From the NCBI GenBank assembly GCA_041622995.1, contig JBFJXR010000007.1, positions 2,482-66,481 of the forward strand: 64,000 nucleotides of DNA. Direction: 5' to 3'. This stretch comes from Nevskiales bacterium. Lineage in GTDB: Bacteria; Pseudomonadota; Gammaproteobacteria; Nevskiales; CAJXLF01. Below are positions 31,681 through 42,003 of the stretch, in pieces. The notes under the pieces are model-generated. The model saw nothing but the letters and a program-made list of their open reading frames with translations, was not told the DNA's origin and did not search any database. The translations under genes and the position numbers were made by a program. Position 1 is the stretch's first letter; each line of letters opens with the position of its first letter.

Positions 31681-32619
31681 CTACGGCAGCACCTGCTCCT
31701 CGCAGGCAATCAGCTCTGAAGGAATGTATTCGGGCACTTCAGCAGGCCTGGAATTCACAGCACAACTCGCCGGTATGCGCTTGGCAGCAGTGAGAATTCC
31801 GTTCAACAGGTGCTGCTGGTATTCCGGGTAGGAATACAAATACAGCTCATGACCGATCGCGGTGTACCAGACACGTCCGGCAAACTTGTCATGACACCAG
31901 CTGATGGGATGATCACCCATGGTGCCGGTATAGCCTTCCGGAAAGGTTGGTCCACTCGGGTCACAGCTCGTATTCGGCTCCTGCATGTAACTGCTTTCAT
32001 CCATGCTCATCAGCACACGCACACTGCCGCGCGGGTTGGAACTGAAACTGTAGAACTCTTCCAGTGGAACCTGCCAGGGGTTGCCCAGATGGGCAGTGCT
32101 GGGATGCGTGGTGTCTTCCACCCTGGCACTGCCGGGCTGATTCAGCACCGGATGGGCCTGAAAGTAGGCACCCACCACTTCGCCATAGAACGGCCAGTCA
32201 TGCTCGGTATCTGCTGCAGAATGCACGCCGACAAAATTACCGCCGCCGCGAATATAGTTTTCGAAGTCCTGCTCCTGCTCAGCTTCGAGCACATCCAGCG
32301 TGGTGTTCAGGAACAGCAGCACATCATATTGAGCGAGGTTCTCGGCATTGATTAAAGTGTGATCTTCAGTAGCGTCAACCTCGAAGCCGTTATCTGCACC
32401 CATCTGCTGTATGGAAAAAATACCCGCCTCGATGGAAGCATGACGGAAACCAGCCGTGCGTGAAAATATCAGCACCTTGAATGACTCACCGCTATTGACC
32501 GCACCGCCACCATTGCCCTGCCCGTTTACAGCGCCGATTTCGTTGATTGAATCGCCACCACAAGCAGTCAGGAAAAAAAACACTGCTGGCAGAAAGTTTC
32601 GTAATAATTTCATAGTCAT
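31681..32619 (-). CDS. ThuA-like (GATase-fold) lipoprotein
   Basis: Lipobox LTAC; VLIFSRTAGFRHASI, GGNFVGVHSAADTE, EEFY, DHPISW, WYTAIGH. Confidence 0.85.
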   Translation of the reverse strand: MTMKLLRNFLPAVFFFLTACGGDSINEIGAVNGQGNGGGAVNSGESFKVLIFSRTAGFRHASIEAGIFSIQQMGADNGFEVDATEDHTLINAENLAQYDVLLFLNTTLDVLEAEQEQDFENYIRGGGNFVGVHSAADTEHDWPFYGEVVGAYFQAHPVLNQPGSARVEDTTHPSTAHLGNPWQVPLEEFYSFSSNPRGSVRVLMSMDESSYMQEPNTSCDPSGPTFPEGYTGTMGDHPISWCHDKFAGRVWYTAIGHELYLYSYPEYQQHLLNGILTAAKRIPASCAVNSRPAEVPEYIPSELIACEEQVLP

Positions 32620-32622
32620 CTC

Positions 32623-34329
32623 TTACGCCGTGCCGGCTGCAATAGCCCGTGCGATTCGCAGGGAGTTGGCCAGTATCGTTAAAGTAGGATTAAAACCCGG
32701 AAATGTCGGGAATAATGAACCGTCCATCACATGCACGTTATCCACCTCATGCAGACGGCCGTCCTTATTACAGACACTTGTAGCCGGATCATTGCCAAAA
32801 CGGGCCGTGCCGGCATGGTGCGCTGTATTCGATGGGTTGTCTGTAATCAGTGGCTGCGGAATCACCACCGCACCCACTGCACCGGGTGTCGCCAGCAGGA
32901 AGGCCTCGATCTGTGGCGCAGTGTACTGAGCCGAGGCTTTCTCATGCGCATGCGGCGCATAGGTGACGCGTGCAGTAGGCAGACCCCGGTAATCCTTCAC
33001 ATTGGGATCCAGGTCGACACGGTTATTGGCCTGCGGCAAGTCCTCACCCACGAACTGCACACCGCCCAGTCGCTGACGAGCCAGTGAAGTACGCATGGCA
33101 TTCTTGTGTTCAGCCCCATGTGGCAATCCGATACCTGCATAAAAATAGGCCTCCTGCAGCAGCGGCAATCCGGAACCCACCTGAATCAGACCTCCCTTGA
33201 TATACGGCACGCCCAGTGCCTGTACATCGGGTCCGGTGAAAGGTCCAACAAGATCATCCAGCTGCACGGTCGTGCTCTGTGCCCTTAGCGTTTGTACGTC
33301 CCGTTCGAAGAAGGCACCGCCAATAGTGAAGTAATGGAACATGGTGTTGCGGCCCACCTGATCCGATCCATTTCCCAGCCCGTTTGGATGCGCACCATTT
33401 GCAGATAGCAGTAACAGGCGAGCTGTCTGAATCGGACTGCCGGCAATGAGAATCTTGTCACCGGAAATGGTTCGCTCAAAGCCATCGATATCGTAGTAGT
33501 GCACATCGGTGGCTCGACTGCCGTCCGGGGTCGTGCTTATTTTGAACACATGGGCACGCTCAATGACCCGCACATTACCACTAAGAACTGCAGGATTCAG
33601 GAAGCTGGTCATGGCATCGCCACGAGCATTGATCGGGCAACCAAAACTGGAGCACATGCCACAGGAATTACAGGCCGGCCGGCCATCAAATTCCTGTGAA
33701 TTCACCGCTGCCGGATAAGGGAAAGGCTCCCAGCCCACGTTCTTCGCGCCTTGTGCCAGTAGTCTGGCCGAGTAGCCGGTCGGGTTGGGTGGCATAACAA
33801 ACTGACCACTGCGCGGTGACTGCTCAAGCGTACGTGCGGGCATGGCATTTACGTCGCCCTGCACGCCAATCGTTTGTTCAACCTCATCATAATAAGGCGC
33901 AAGGTCGTCATAGCTAATCGGCCAGTCGGCCATCTGCGCGCCATCGACGGGGCCGAGGTCAGTCAGCTGGGTGAAGTCCTGCTTCCAGAAGCGTGGGAAC
34001 TTTGCGTTGTAGTGTAGCGAGGTGCCACCAACAGCTGCACCGAGGGAAACATGCAGCCCCTGAATGGAACTATCAACACCCTCATCCGCCTCGGACTGGG
34101 TACGCCCGGTAATCGGCTCGAGACCGGGATGCGGAAAGCCAAACTGGCGGGAAGTTTTCACCTCGTCACTTGAATACAGGGTGCCGAGCTCACTGCTTGG
34201 CACTTCACCAAAGCCCGGTCGCAGATTGCGACCGCGTTCCAGTACGGTGACTGACCAGCCCGCTTTCGCCAGCTCCCAGGCCGCAATACTGCCCGCCGGA
34301 CCGGAACCGATAATGACTGCACTAGGCAT
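32623..34329 (-). CDS. GMC flavoprotein dehydrogenase large subunit (gluconate-2-DH/glucoside 3-DH type)
   Basis: GSGPAG, VGGTSLHY, WPISYDDLAPYY, Cys cluster CNSCGMCSSFGC, HHAGT, NPTLT; ATG 34329. Confidence 0.88.
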   Translation of the reverse strand: MPSAVIIGSGPAGSIAAWELAKAGWSVTVLERGRNLRPGFGEVPSSELGTLYSSDEVKTSRQFGFPHPGLEPITGRTQSEADEGVDSSIQGLHVSLGAAVGGTSLHYNAKFPRFWKQDFTQLTDLGPVDGAQMADWPISYDDLAPYYDEVEQTIGVQGDVNAMPARTLEQSPRSGQFVMPPNPTGYSARLLAQGAKNVGWEPFPYPAAVNSQEFDGRPACNSCGMCSSFGCPINARGDAMTSFLNPAVLSGNVRVIERAHVFKISTTPDGSRATDVHYYDIDGFERTISGDKILIAGSPIQTARLLLLSANGAHPNGLGNGSDQVGRNTMFHYFTIGGAFFERDVQTLRAQSTTVQLDDLVGPFTGPDVQALGVPYIKGGLIQVGSGLPLLQEAYFYAGIGLPHGAEHKNAMRTSLARQRLGGVQFVGEDLPQANNRVDLDPNVKDYRGLPTARVTYAPHAHEKASAQYTAPQIEAFLLATPGAVGAVVIPQPLITDNPSNTAHHAGTARFGNDPATSVCNKDGRLHEVDNVHVMDGSLFPTFPGFNPTLTILANSLRIARAIAAGTA

Positions 34330-35350
34330 TGGACACCCCCTTGTAAACCCGGTTGCTGAGGGTGGCAATACGTTGTTGTGCCATCGGTTTTAGCTGGGCC
34401 TGCAAACGCTTCAACGAACCATTGGAGTCCATAATGGCCGCCGCGATTGTATCGCTACTGACAACAGATGCCAGCATAGGTAATTCGGTCAGTGACGATG
34501 AACTGCTGGACGTGACACTGCCTGCTGTTGGGCTGCTGCGATCAGGGCCAAAGGAAGGCGGCAGCAGCGCATCAAACAACCCTGGGTTGTCGGGGGTGAC
34601 CACCTGCTCATCGGTATAACCACGGGGATGTACATCACCGTCAAAGGCAGTAAAGCCCCAACCCACCAGTGCACAGTTGCCACCATACTCCGGTGGCCCG
34701 TACATGGCATCCAAAGTATCAGGGAAAGCGATATCAACCATGTCCTGTATCGCCGCATCGCTACTGTCTCCAAGAATGACATCAGCAAGCGATGCCGGCA
34801 TCTCGGAGAAACTGCCGAAGCCCTGCTCGGCAGCACGCTCGTCCAGCCGTGCCAGCCCCTCGATGTATATTTGCTGCATACCTTTAACAGGACCGTTAAA
34901 TTCGCGCTCCGGCATGCCCTGAGAACCTTCAATCGCCATCCGCCAGGCCAGCTCTTCGTAGGGATCAAGCGGTATAAATTCGAGGAAACCGTTCTCGGCT
35001 TCGCCCCCCCGATCCGAGAACGGAGCACCTGCAAAGATAAATGGCGGGTCAGTCTTGAAGGCCGCCAGCAGATGATCAATGGCCTCAGCACAACAACCCG
35101 CCACCGCACCGGGGTCCATGTCTTCAGGAATCAGGCGGTCGACTAGTGCCCTTAGGTTGTCCAACTGGGATTCACTCAGGTATGTCGAGGGCTGGGTCGG
35201 CCCCATTGAACCACCGCCGTTGCCACCGCCAGCAACCCTATCACTGCTCGAACTGCCACAATTAGACAACAGAGGCACCACCGCCGTAATCGCCATGGCC
35301 CCACTGGTTTTCAATACCTGACGTCGGGTAAATCCTGTGTTCTTCGACAT
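34322..35350 (-). CDS. Gluconate-2-dehydrogenase subunit 3-like small subunit, Tat lipoprotein
   Basis: TRRQVLK twin-arginine motif plus LSNC lipobox; DRLIP..DPGA; PEYGGN. Confidence 0.82.
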   Translation of the reverse strand: MSKNTGFTRRQVLKTSGAMAITAVVPLLSNCGSSSSDRVAGGGNGGGSMGPTQPSTYLSESQLDNLRALVDRLIPEDMDPGAVAGCCAEAIDHLLAAFKTDPPFIFAGAPFSDRGGEAENGFLEFIPLDPYEELAWRMAIEGSQGMPEREFNGPVKGMQQIYIEGLARLDERAAEQGFGSFSEMPASLADVILGDSSDAAIQDMVDIAFPDTLDAMYGPPEYGGNCALVGWGFTAFDGDVHPRGYTDEQVVTPDNPGLFDALLPPSFGPDRSSPTAGSVTSSSSSSLTELPMLASVVSSDTIAAAIMDSNGSLKRLQAQLKPMAQQRIATLSNRVYKGVSNA

Positions 35351-35946
35351 GTCTTCTCCTGCACCATGACTGCTGACTTGAGCCAGCCCTTAAAATAGTT
35401 AATTTATAATAGACGTTCTATTCTGCAGCGCTGGAATAATGATTACTAGCTGTCATTACCACACATGAGGAATATGCTTCACAAAATACGAAGTGACCTC
35501 GACCCACTTTGCCTCTGGGCACTGCTGCCGTACAGCAGGAAATTCGCAAGCTGGTTATCAGCTTGCGTGATGGATTACCGCATTCGTCATCAAGGCAAGG
35601 CCGTGCACTCTTTTGAAAACCCGGATAATGGCGAACGAATAGAATTCGAGGGAACCAGTTCAGTCTTTACTATCACTGGCAGTGGCAGCGGCTGCCCCGG
35701 TTATCCAGCGATGTTTTAATATTCAAATCTAATAAAATGCATGACTTTTGAGCTCGCTGACATGCCTGCGAGTCCTTGTTGCCCGGGTTCTGACAGAGAA
35801 ATAACACAACCCCCATAGTTATCACTCGTTACCCCCTGTCTGTTAACATTATTCCGTTCTACTCGGTAAAGACTGGAACATTTGTAAAGCTGTAGTTAAT
35901 TGCAACTGCCTATTCACAATAGCCAGCACGATCCGCCTTACGGGGT

Positions 35947-37308
35947 ATGTGTCAAATCACAATGAGCAAGTTAATGCCTAAGCAGTCAGACAATCTGATA
36001 TTCGTTGAACTCAACGAAATCAATATGCAAATAGCGAAACGCTATGCTGACGCTGGCCTACTGCCCAATTTTTCAAGGCTTCAGAAACTAAAAAGCCTGG
36101 AAACAACTTCCGAGAAGAAATACGAGGAACTGGAGCCATGGGTACAATGGGTGTCCGTACATACCGGCCTGCCGGCTAAGGAACACGGAGTTTTCCGGTT
36201 AGGTGACATGGTCAACTCACAAGCACCGCAATACCTGGAGCAACTGGAATCACAAGGCTGGAAAGTCGGTGCCGTGTCACCGATGAATACCGTAAACCGC
36301 CTTAAAAACCCCGGCTACTTTCTGCCTGACCCATGGACTCAAACTTCTACAGATGGCAGCTTCTGGAGCGAACAACTCACAGCCGTTCTGCAACAAACTG
36401 TTAACGACAATGCACAAAGCAAGGTCACAGTTAAAAGCCTGGTTCTGCTTTTGCTGGGGCTGGTGCGATTTGCCCGAATCCGGAATTACTGGAGATATGC
36501 AAAGCTCGCCCTGACCAGCCCAGGACGACCATGGAGGAAGGCTCTTTTTCTCGACCTGTTCCTGCACGATTTGCATATGAAACTGTTTCAGGCTAAGCGA
36601 CCAGACTTTTCCAGCCTGTTCCTGAATGCCGGCGCACATATTCAGCATCACTATTTTCTCAATTCAACAGAAGTAGAAAATAAAAGCCTGCGAAACCCCC
36701 AATGGTATGTGGATGAAAGCTACGATCCTCTAAAGGAAATGCTGCAATTTTATGATGTTGTAATCGGTGAATATCTGGACAAACCCGGTATCAACCTGAT
36801 CGTGGCCACCGGGCTTAGCCAAGTGCCTTATGACCGCATAAAATATTACTGGCGACTGAAAAATCATGCCGAATTCCTGAATCAACTCGGCATTCGATTC
36901 AAATCCGTGGCCCCGCGTATGACACGCGACTTCCAGATTGACTTCGATTCAGAAGACGATTGCTTACTGGCCAGTAAGCAGTTGCATGCCATCACCGAGC
37001 TCGAATCTGGCGAGCCATTATTTAAAGAAATTGATGTACGTGGCAACAACCTGTTTGTGAGCCTGACCTGGCCGGAAGACATCACCGAATCAACGAAACT
37101 AAATTTCGAAGGTCAGGAACATCTACTGAAGCCGCACGTGGCATTTGTCGCCATAAAGAACGGTATGCACTCCGCCAAGGGGTACGCGTATTTCAGTGAA
37201 GGCGTCGCAAATTACGCCCCCGAAAACGGGCAGCATGTAAAAGGACTCTACAACTCTGTGCTCGCTTTTTTTAAGGATCGACAGCCAGCACTCGATCAGA
37301 CGGGTTAA
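35947..37308 (+). CDS. Alkaline-phosphatase-superfamily-like protein of unknown function
   Basis: LIFVELNE, LLPNF, EPWVQWVSVHTG...HGVF, C-terminal GMHSAKG; exact start uncertain. Confidence 0.6.
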   Translation: MCQITMSKLMPKQSDNLIFVELNEINMQIAKRYADAGLLPNFSRLQKLKSLETTSEKKYEELEPWVQWVSVHTGLPAKEHGVFRLGDMVNSQAPQYLEQLESQGWKVGAVSPMNTVNRLKNPGYFLPDPWTQTSTDGSFWSEQLTAVLQQTVNDNAQSKVTVKSLVLLLLGLVRFARIRNYWRYAKLALTSPGRPWRKALFLDLFLHDLHMKLFQAKRPDFSSLFLNAGAHIQHHYFLNSTEVENKSLRNPQWYVDESYDPLKEMLQFYDVVIGEYLDKPGINLIVATGLSQVPYDRIKYYWRLKNHAEFLNQLGIRFKSVAPRMTRDFQIDFDSEDDCLLASKQLHAITELESGEPLFKEIDVRGNNLFVSLTWPEDITESTKLNFEGQEHLLKPHVAFVAIKNGMHSAKGYAYFSEGVANYAPENGQHVKGLYNSVLAFFKDRQPALDQTG

Positions 37309-38253
37309 CTAGCTCAAGATTTCCCTGACCCGTTTAATGACCTGGGACGGGGACTCAATATGAGGGAAGTTGCCCACTTCATGAAGTCGAGCCACATGTT
37401 CACGCCCCACTTTGACCATAAGGGCGGGCGTCATCTTCCTGCCCCAAACCGGATCAGACTGACCAATAATACAGCTGATTGGAATATCCCTGTTTTCAAA
37501 TACAGATTCCCAACGTCCCGCATTCTTTTCCCGGTCGGCCAGGTAGCTCATCAGACCCAGAGCATTCGGAATTTCAGACTTTCTATTTAACAGAAACCAG
37601 GATTCATGAATAAACTGAGCTGACAAATGACTGTTTTCATCACAAAGATAATTCAGCAGTCGACCAAACAGCACCTCATCGGCACCCTCCATTTTCGGCT
37701 TGTTCCCCAGCATTCGTTGCAAATCATTCATGAACGACGATTTAAAGCCGGGCAAAATGCCACCATTCAGAAATATTACGCTTTGAATCTGGACCGGATT
37801 GAACGTACCAGCCTCACTTTGTCTGGCCAGCAATTCCTGAGCGACGGTTACGCCACTGCCATGGGCCAGAATGTGAACCTTTTTAAGGTGTAGTGTGGTC
37901 AGCAGATACCTCACCTGATCTGCTATATCGCCCACACTATGCGGGTAATTCTCAGGCTTGTCTGAATATCCGGAGCCCAGATAATCAAACGACAACATCC
38001 GATACTGATGTGACAGACGGGGCCAGACCCTCCCCCAACTCCACGATGCGAGTGGAAAACCCTGCAGGCAAAGCACGACTTCACCTTCCCCGGAGTCTAC
38101 ATAAAAGAGTTTTTGATCGTTGTATTCAGCGTACTGCGCCAGTGCTTTCCATTGTCTGACAGTATCCAATGCGCCTAAGCGGCCGGGAACCAGCTCCGAG
38201 GTTGCATTATTCAGTTTTAAATGCGGCATTCCATTGTTCCAGAAAATTTTCAA
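37309..38253 (-). CDS. MEST/epoxide-hydrolase-like alpha/beta fold protein with degenerate active site
   Basis: QGFP, FDYLGSGYSDKP, AHGSGVTVAQELL, FLNGG, GNFPHIE; start may be 38229. Confidence 0.75.
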   Translation of the reverse strand: MKIFWNNGMPHLKLNNATSELVPGRLGALDTVRQWKALAQYAEYNDQKLFYVDSGEGEVVLCLQGFPLASWSWGRVWPRLSHQYRMLSFDYLGSGYSDKPENYPHSVGDIADQVRYLLTTLHLKKVHILAHGSGVTVAQELLARQSEAGTFNPVQIQSVIFLNGGILPGFKSSFMNDLQRMLGNKPKMEGADEVLFGRLLNYLCDENSHLSAQFIHESWFLLNRKSEIPNALGLMSYLADREKNAGRWESVFENRDIPISCIIGQSDPVWGRKMTPALMVKVGREHVARLHEVGNFPHIESPSQVIKRVREILS

Positions 38254-38338
38254 TCGACATTATTATTAATGTTTATTCTGACTAATAATCAGTCTAGTCA
38301 ATAGGCTAGCAGTCGTATATAAGCATATGCTTACAATG

Positions 38339-39124
38339 CTAATTTCGTATAACCTGAAGCGGGAACTGCTGTACGAGTGCCTGCGAAGCAAAATAGAGTA
38401 TCCAGTTCACATGGCTAATGGCGGGATAGAAGCCTTCGCGATAAATCCAGAAATTGCCGATCAACGCATCTGCAACTGTCGCCATCACAGCGCCTATGGC
38501 CACTGGGTATGCCAGCCCCCAGCCCAGGGCACGTACCAACCAAACAGATGACACACCGACTATTGAGATAAACATGGCGTAGCCGCCCGTCATGCTGCTG
38601 ACATAAGCCCCTGCGTCGGGTGTATAAAGGTCAGCAAAACTCAGGGCACCCAAAGCACCCGCAACCAGCATGCATCCGCCTATGAAAGCACTACTCACAC
38701 CCTGCTGTTTTGATACCTTGATCGTGGCCCAAACGAAAACGGCATAGCCCGGGGCGAAGAACCAAACCGAGTCCGCAAGATAGGAATGCTGAACACTGCT
38801 GCCGTGACCATGCTGTATACCGAAGTAATTCCGGTTGACGAAATCACCGCCTGCACAGACCAGCAGGGATAAAAAACACAGCAGGGCAACCGACTTTGCC
38901 GTGTCACTTTGACCAGATTTTATCGTCCAGTCACGAATCAACCAGCCATTTATAAGCAATGCAGCAATCAATGCCATTTCGATCGTGCCGAAAATGGTCT
39001 TTGTGACAGTGCCGTCTTCTATAGGGACTACGCCGAGCAAAGCCACGCCTTGAATCAAAGTCGATATCACGACCAATAGCAGTGCAACACTTCGAAATTG
39101 ATCTGGACGACTCGCTGCTGACAT
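38339..39124 (-). CDS. Membrane protein, YhhN/lysoplasmalogenase-like
   Basis: About 8 TM segments; GGD, FFAPGY, VADALIG, WILYFASQ pattern. Confidence 0.5.
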   Translation of the reverse strand: MSAASRPDQFRSVALLLVVISTLIQGVALLGVVPIEDGTVTKTIFGTIEMALIAALLINGWLIRDWTIKSGQSDTAKSVALLCFLSLLVCAGGDFVNRNYFGIQHGHGSSVQHSYLADSVWFFAPGYAVFVWATIKVSKQQGVSSAFIGGCMLVAGALGALSFADLYTPDAGAYVSSMTGGYAMFISIVGVSSVWLVRALGWGLAYPVAIGAVMATVADALIGNFWIYREGFYPAISHVNWILYFASQALVQQFPLQVIRN

Positions 39125-39139
39125 TTTCCTTCTACCTAT

Positions 39140-40822
39140 TTAATTTTGAGCTTCTACTTTCGCCCAGGAATCACGTAAGCCCACTGTGCGATTGAATACA
39201 GGCTTGTCCGCAGAGTGCTCATAACGATCCGCGACGAAATACCCCTGCCTCTCAAACTGGAAATTCTGTTCCGGGGCGGCATCGGCCAACCCGGCTTCTA
39301 TCCAGCAACCTTCCATCACTTGCAGACTTTCCGGATTGAGGTGGTCCATAAATTCACGGTCTCCACGGTCCGGTGCCTCGTGGTTAAACAGGCGGTCATA
39401 CAATCGCACCGTCGCCTGTTTGCCTTCCGTGGCAGATACCCAGTGAATCACGCCCTTGGGCTTGATACCGTCAGCAGGGTTCTCACCCAATGTGTCAGCA
39501 TCGTAGCTGCAATGGACTTCGGTAATGTTGCCATCAGCATCTTTCACAACATTCTCGGCAGTCAGCACATAGGCATTACGCAGGCGCACTTTTTTGCCCA
39601 GCACAAGTCGCTTGTATTTCTTGTTGGCCTCCTCACGGAAGTCTTCACGCTCTATGTAGACCTCACGTGTGAGCGGCAAATCCCGCTCGCCAAACTCGGG
39701 TTTGTCCGGATGTGCTGCTGCCTTGAGGACTTCAACCCTGTCTTCAGGGAAATTGGTAATCACAACTTTCAACGGATCGAGCACGCACATGGCTCTGGGC
39801 GCATTGTTATTCAAGTCGTCACGAATCACGTGCTCCAGCGCGCTGACTTCAACGATGCCATCGCTACGACTCACGCCGATCATGCTACAAAACTGGCGCA
39901 ATGCCGCAGGTGTAAATCCACGACGACGCAACCCCTGCAGGGTTGGCATACGTGGATCATTCCAGCCGTCTACATGCCCCTCGTCCACCAGCTGCTTGAG
40001 CTTGCGTTTGCTGGTGACGGTGTAGTTAAGGTTCAGACGACCGAACTCATACTGACGGGGTGTCGCAGGCACAGGCAGGTGTTCGATAAACCAGTCATAG
40101 AGCGGACGGTGATCTTCAAACTCCAGGGTACATATGGAATGGGTAATGCCTTCAATGGCATCTGACTGCCCATGGGTGAAATCGTAGGTTGGATAAATAT
40201 TCCACTTGTCACCCGTCTGGTGATGCTCTGCCTTGCGGATACGATAGATAATCGGATCACGCATATTCATATTCGGCGCGGCCATGTCGATCTTTGCACG
40301 CAGGGCACAATGGCCTTCCTCAAATTCACCAGCCCGCATTTTCTCGAACAGTTCATGGTTTTCCTCAATACTGCGGTCTCGGAAAGGGCTGTTCTTGCCG
40401 GGTTCTTTCAGCGTACCGCGATATTCGCGGGCCTGTTCCGGAGTCAGGTCATCCACATAGGCAAGGCCTTCAGAAATCAGATGTCGGGCATATTCGAATA
40501 GCTGGTCGAAATAATCGGACGCATGCCGGACTTCGCCGTCCCACTGAAAACCCAACCACCGTACGTCTTCAAGAATAGCGTCGATGTATTCCTGGTTTTC
40601 CTTCTCGGGATTGGTGTCATCGAAACGCAGATTGCATTTGCCACCGAAATGTTCGGCCAGTCCGAAGTTCAGGCAGATCGCCTTGGCGTGACCGATGTGA
40701 AGATAGCCATTAGGCTCAGGCGGGAAACGGGTCACCACCTCACTGGCCTGTAATTTTCCTGCCTCGATCTGTTCCTGAATGAGGTTACGGACAAAGTTAC
40801 TGCCTGAAGAAGATTCGCTCAT
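39140..40822 (-). CDS. glnS: Glutaminyl-tRNA synthetase
   Basis: [46 protein letters not shown]. Confidence 0.97.
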   Translation of the reverse strand: MSESSSGSNFVRNLIQEQIEAGKLQASEVVTRFPPEPNGYLHIGHAKAICLNFGLAEHFGGKCNLRFDDTNPEKENQEYIDAILEDVRWLGFQWDGEVRHASDYFDQLFEYARHLISEGLAYVDDLTPEQAREYRGTLKEPGKNSPFRDRSIEENHELFEKMRAGEFEEGHCALRAKIDMAAPNMNMRDPIIYRIRKAEHHQTGDKWNIYPTYDFTHGQSDAIEGITHSICTLEFEDHRPLYDWFIEHLPVPATPRQYEFGRLNLNYTVTSKRKLKQLVDEGHVDGWNDPRMPTLQGLRRRGFTPAALRQFCSMIGVSRSDGIVEVSALEHVIRDDLNNNAPRAMCVLDPLKVVITNFPEDRVEVLKAAAHPDKPEFGERDLPLTREVYIEREDFREEANKKYKRLVLGKKVRLRNAYVLTAENVVKDADGNITEVHCSYDADTLGENPADGIKPKGVIHWVSATEGKQATVRLYDRLFNHEAPDRGDREFMDHLNPESLQVMEGCWIEAGLADAAPEQNFQFERQGYFVADRYEHSADKPVFNRTVGLRDSWAKVEAQN

Positions 40823-40877
40823 GTAATGCTGTCGGCCATGTTAATTGCAAGCGCGACATTATAAAGGTCTTCAATGC

Positions 40878-41522
40878 TCAGGACTTGGCTGTTTTCTTGC
40901 CCAGTTTTTCACGTGCCTCTAATAACGGGCCGGATAGCTTGTCCAGCCTGCCTGGCTCAATGTGCACAAACATGTCGATGATTCTGGGTAAGTCCGTCTT
41001 GAAATCACCGGTGGGATGAAACAATTCCATCAGTACAATTTTCTTTTTTGCGTAATCTAGAGCAGCTGCAAAAATAGGCACCTTGGCACCCACCGCAATG
41101 TTGTAGAAGCCGCTTTTCCACGTCGTCGCTCCGCCACGGGTACCTTCTGGCGCCATCATCAACCAGAGTTTTTCCGCTGCATTGAAACGCTCTATGCTCT
41201 GGCCTACCACGCCGTTGGGCGCTGTCCGATCAATGGGAAATAACCCTACCCAAAGCATGATTTTTGCAATCACCGGATATTTAAACAGGCTGGCCTTGCC
41301 CATGGTGTTAATACGCAGTTGCAGCGCCTGCACCAAAGACAGGGAATAAATACCATCCCAGTTTGAGGTATGGGGCGCAGCGATAATAACCGCTTTGGGA
41401 ATATTGGGAATACTGCCGGTGCAGGTCCATCCGGCTTTTTGCAATGTTGTTGTGCCCAGCCATTTCAAAAATGGGGAATTACGGCGTGGCACTTGATCAC
41501 CCACTTCAGGCAATACCAACAT
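40878..41522 (-). CDS. Lysophospholipid/1-acyl-glycerol-3-phosphate acyltransferase family
   Basis: APHTSNWD (HxxxxD), PIDR, APEGTR, KSGFY. Confidence 0.88.
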   Translation of the reverse strand: MLVLPEVGDQVPRRNSPFLKWLGTTTLQKAGWTCTGSIPNIPKAVIIAAPHTSNWDGIYSLSLVQALQLRINTMGKASLFKYPVIAKIMLWVGLFPIDRTAPNGVVGQSIERFNAAEKLWLMMAPEGTRGGATTWKSGFYNIAVGAKVPIFAAALDYAKKKIVLMELFHPTGDFKTDLPRIIDMFVHIEPGRLDKLSGPLLEAREKLGKKTAKS

Positions 41523-41541
41523 AACAATCCTCGGAATTCTG

Positions 41542-42003
41542 TCAGAGGCCGGTCAGGCCGCTGGGATAAAGAAATAAAATCAGTAATAACATTATCAGAG
41601 CAAAACCCACCCAGAGCCACGTATTCGGAGTAGTTGGAGTTACTAGCTGATGGTCAATATAGTTTGACAGCATATCGCGATTTCGGCTATTTGCCTTCCA
41701 GAAAAAGTCGAACAGGTCCCCTACAAGAGGAACAATTCCCACTATCGATTCAATCAGGACATTACCCAACATGCGCGTCAGGAGATGTGAGGGTGCACCA
41801 AGTCGCGCGGCTTCAACCACCAGCCAGAGTGACAACAGGGCGCCAATGATATCGCCTGCACCAGGAATCAACCCTAATAAGGGATCAAGCCCGAATCGTC
41901 TGTTGGTACCCGGTAATGCAATGCTGTCATCCAGAATCCAGGCCATGCGATCCAGACGCTGACGAGCATTTTTCAATTTCTCCTGATCAGCTGCCTCAGC
42001 CAC
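41542..42003 (-). CDS. DUF4112 family membrane protein
   Basis: LDDSIALPG..RFGLDPLLGLIPGAGD...GDLFDFFWKANSRN. Confidence 0.85.
   Translation of the reverse strand: MAEAADQEKLKNARQRLDRMAWILDDSIALPGTNRRFGLDPLLGLIPGAGDIIGALLSLWLVVEAARLGAPSHLLTRMLGNVLIESIVGIVPLVGDLFDFFWKANSRNRDMLSNYIDHQLVTPTTPNTWLWVGFALIMLLLILFLYPSGLTGL

Noticed and set aside
35507-35600. Cloverleaf as a tRNA
   Set aside because: No T-loop TTCG(A), D-loop or CCA on either strand
39215-40165. 316-aa antisense ORF, and similar long ORFs opposite the RND and oxidoreductase genes
   Set aside because: Entirely opposite conserved genes such as glnS; explained by codon bias
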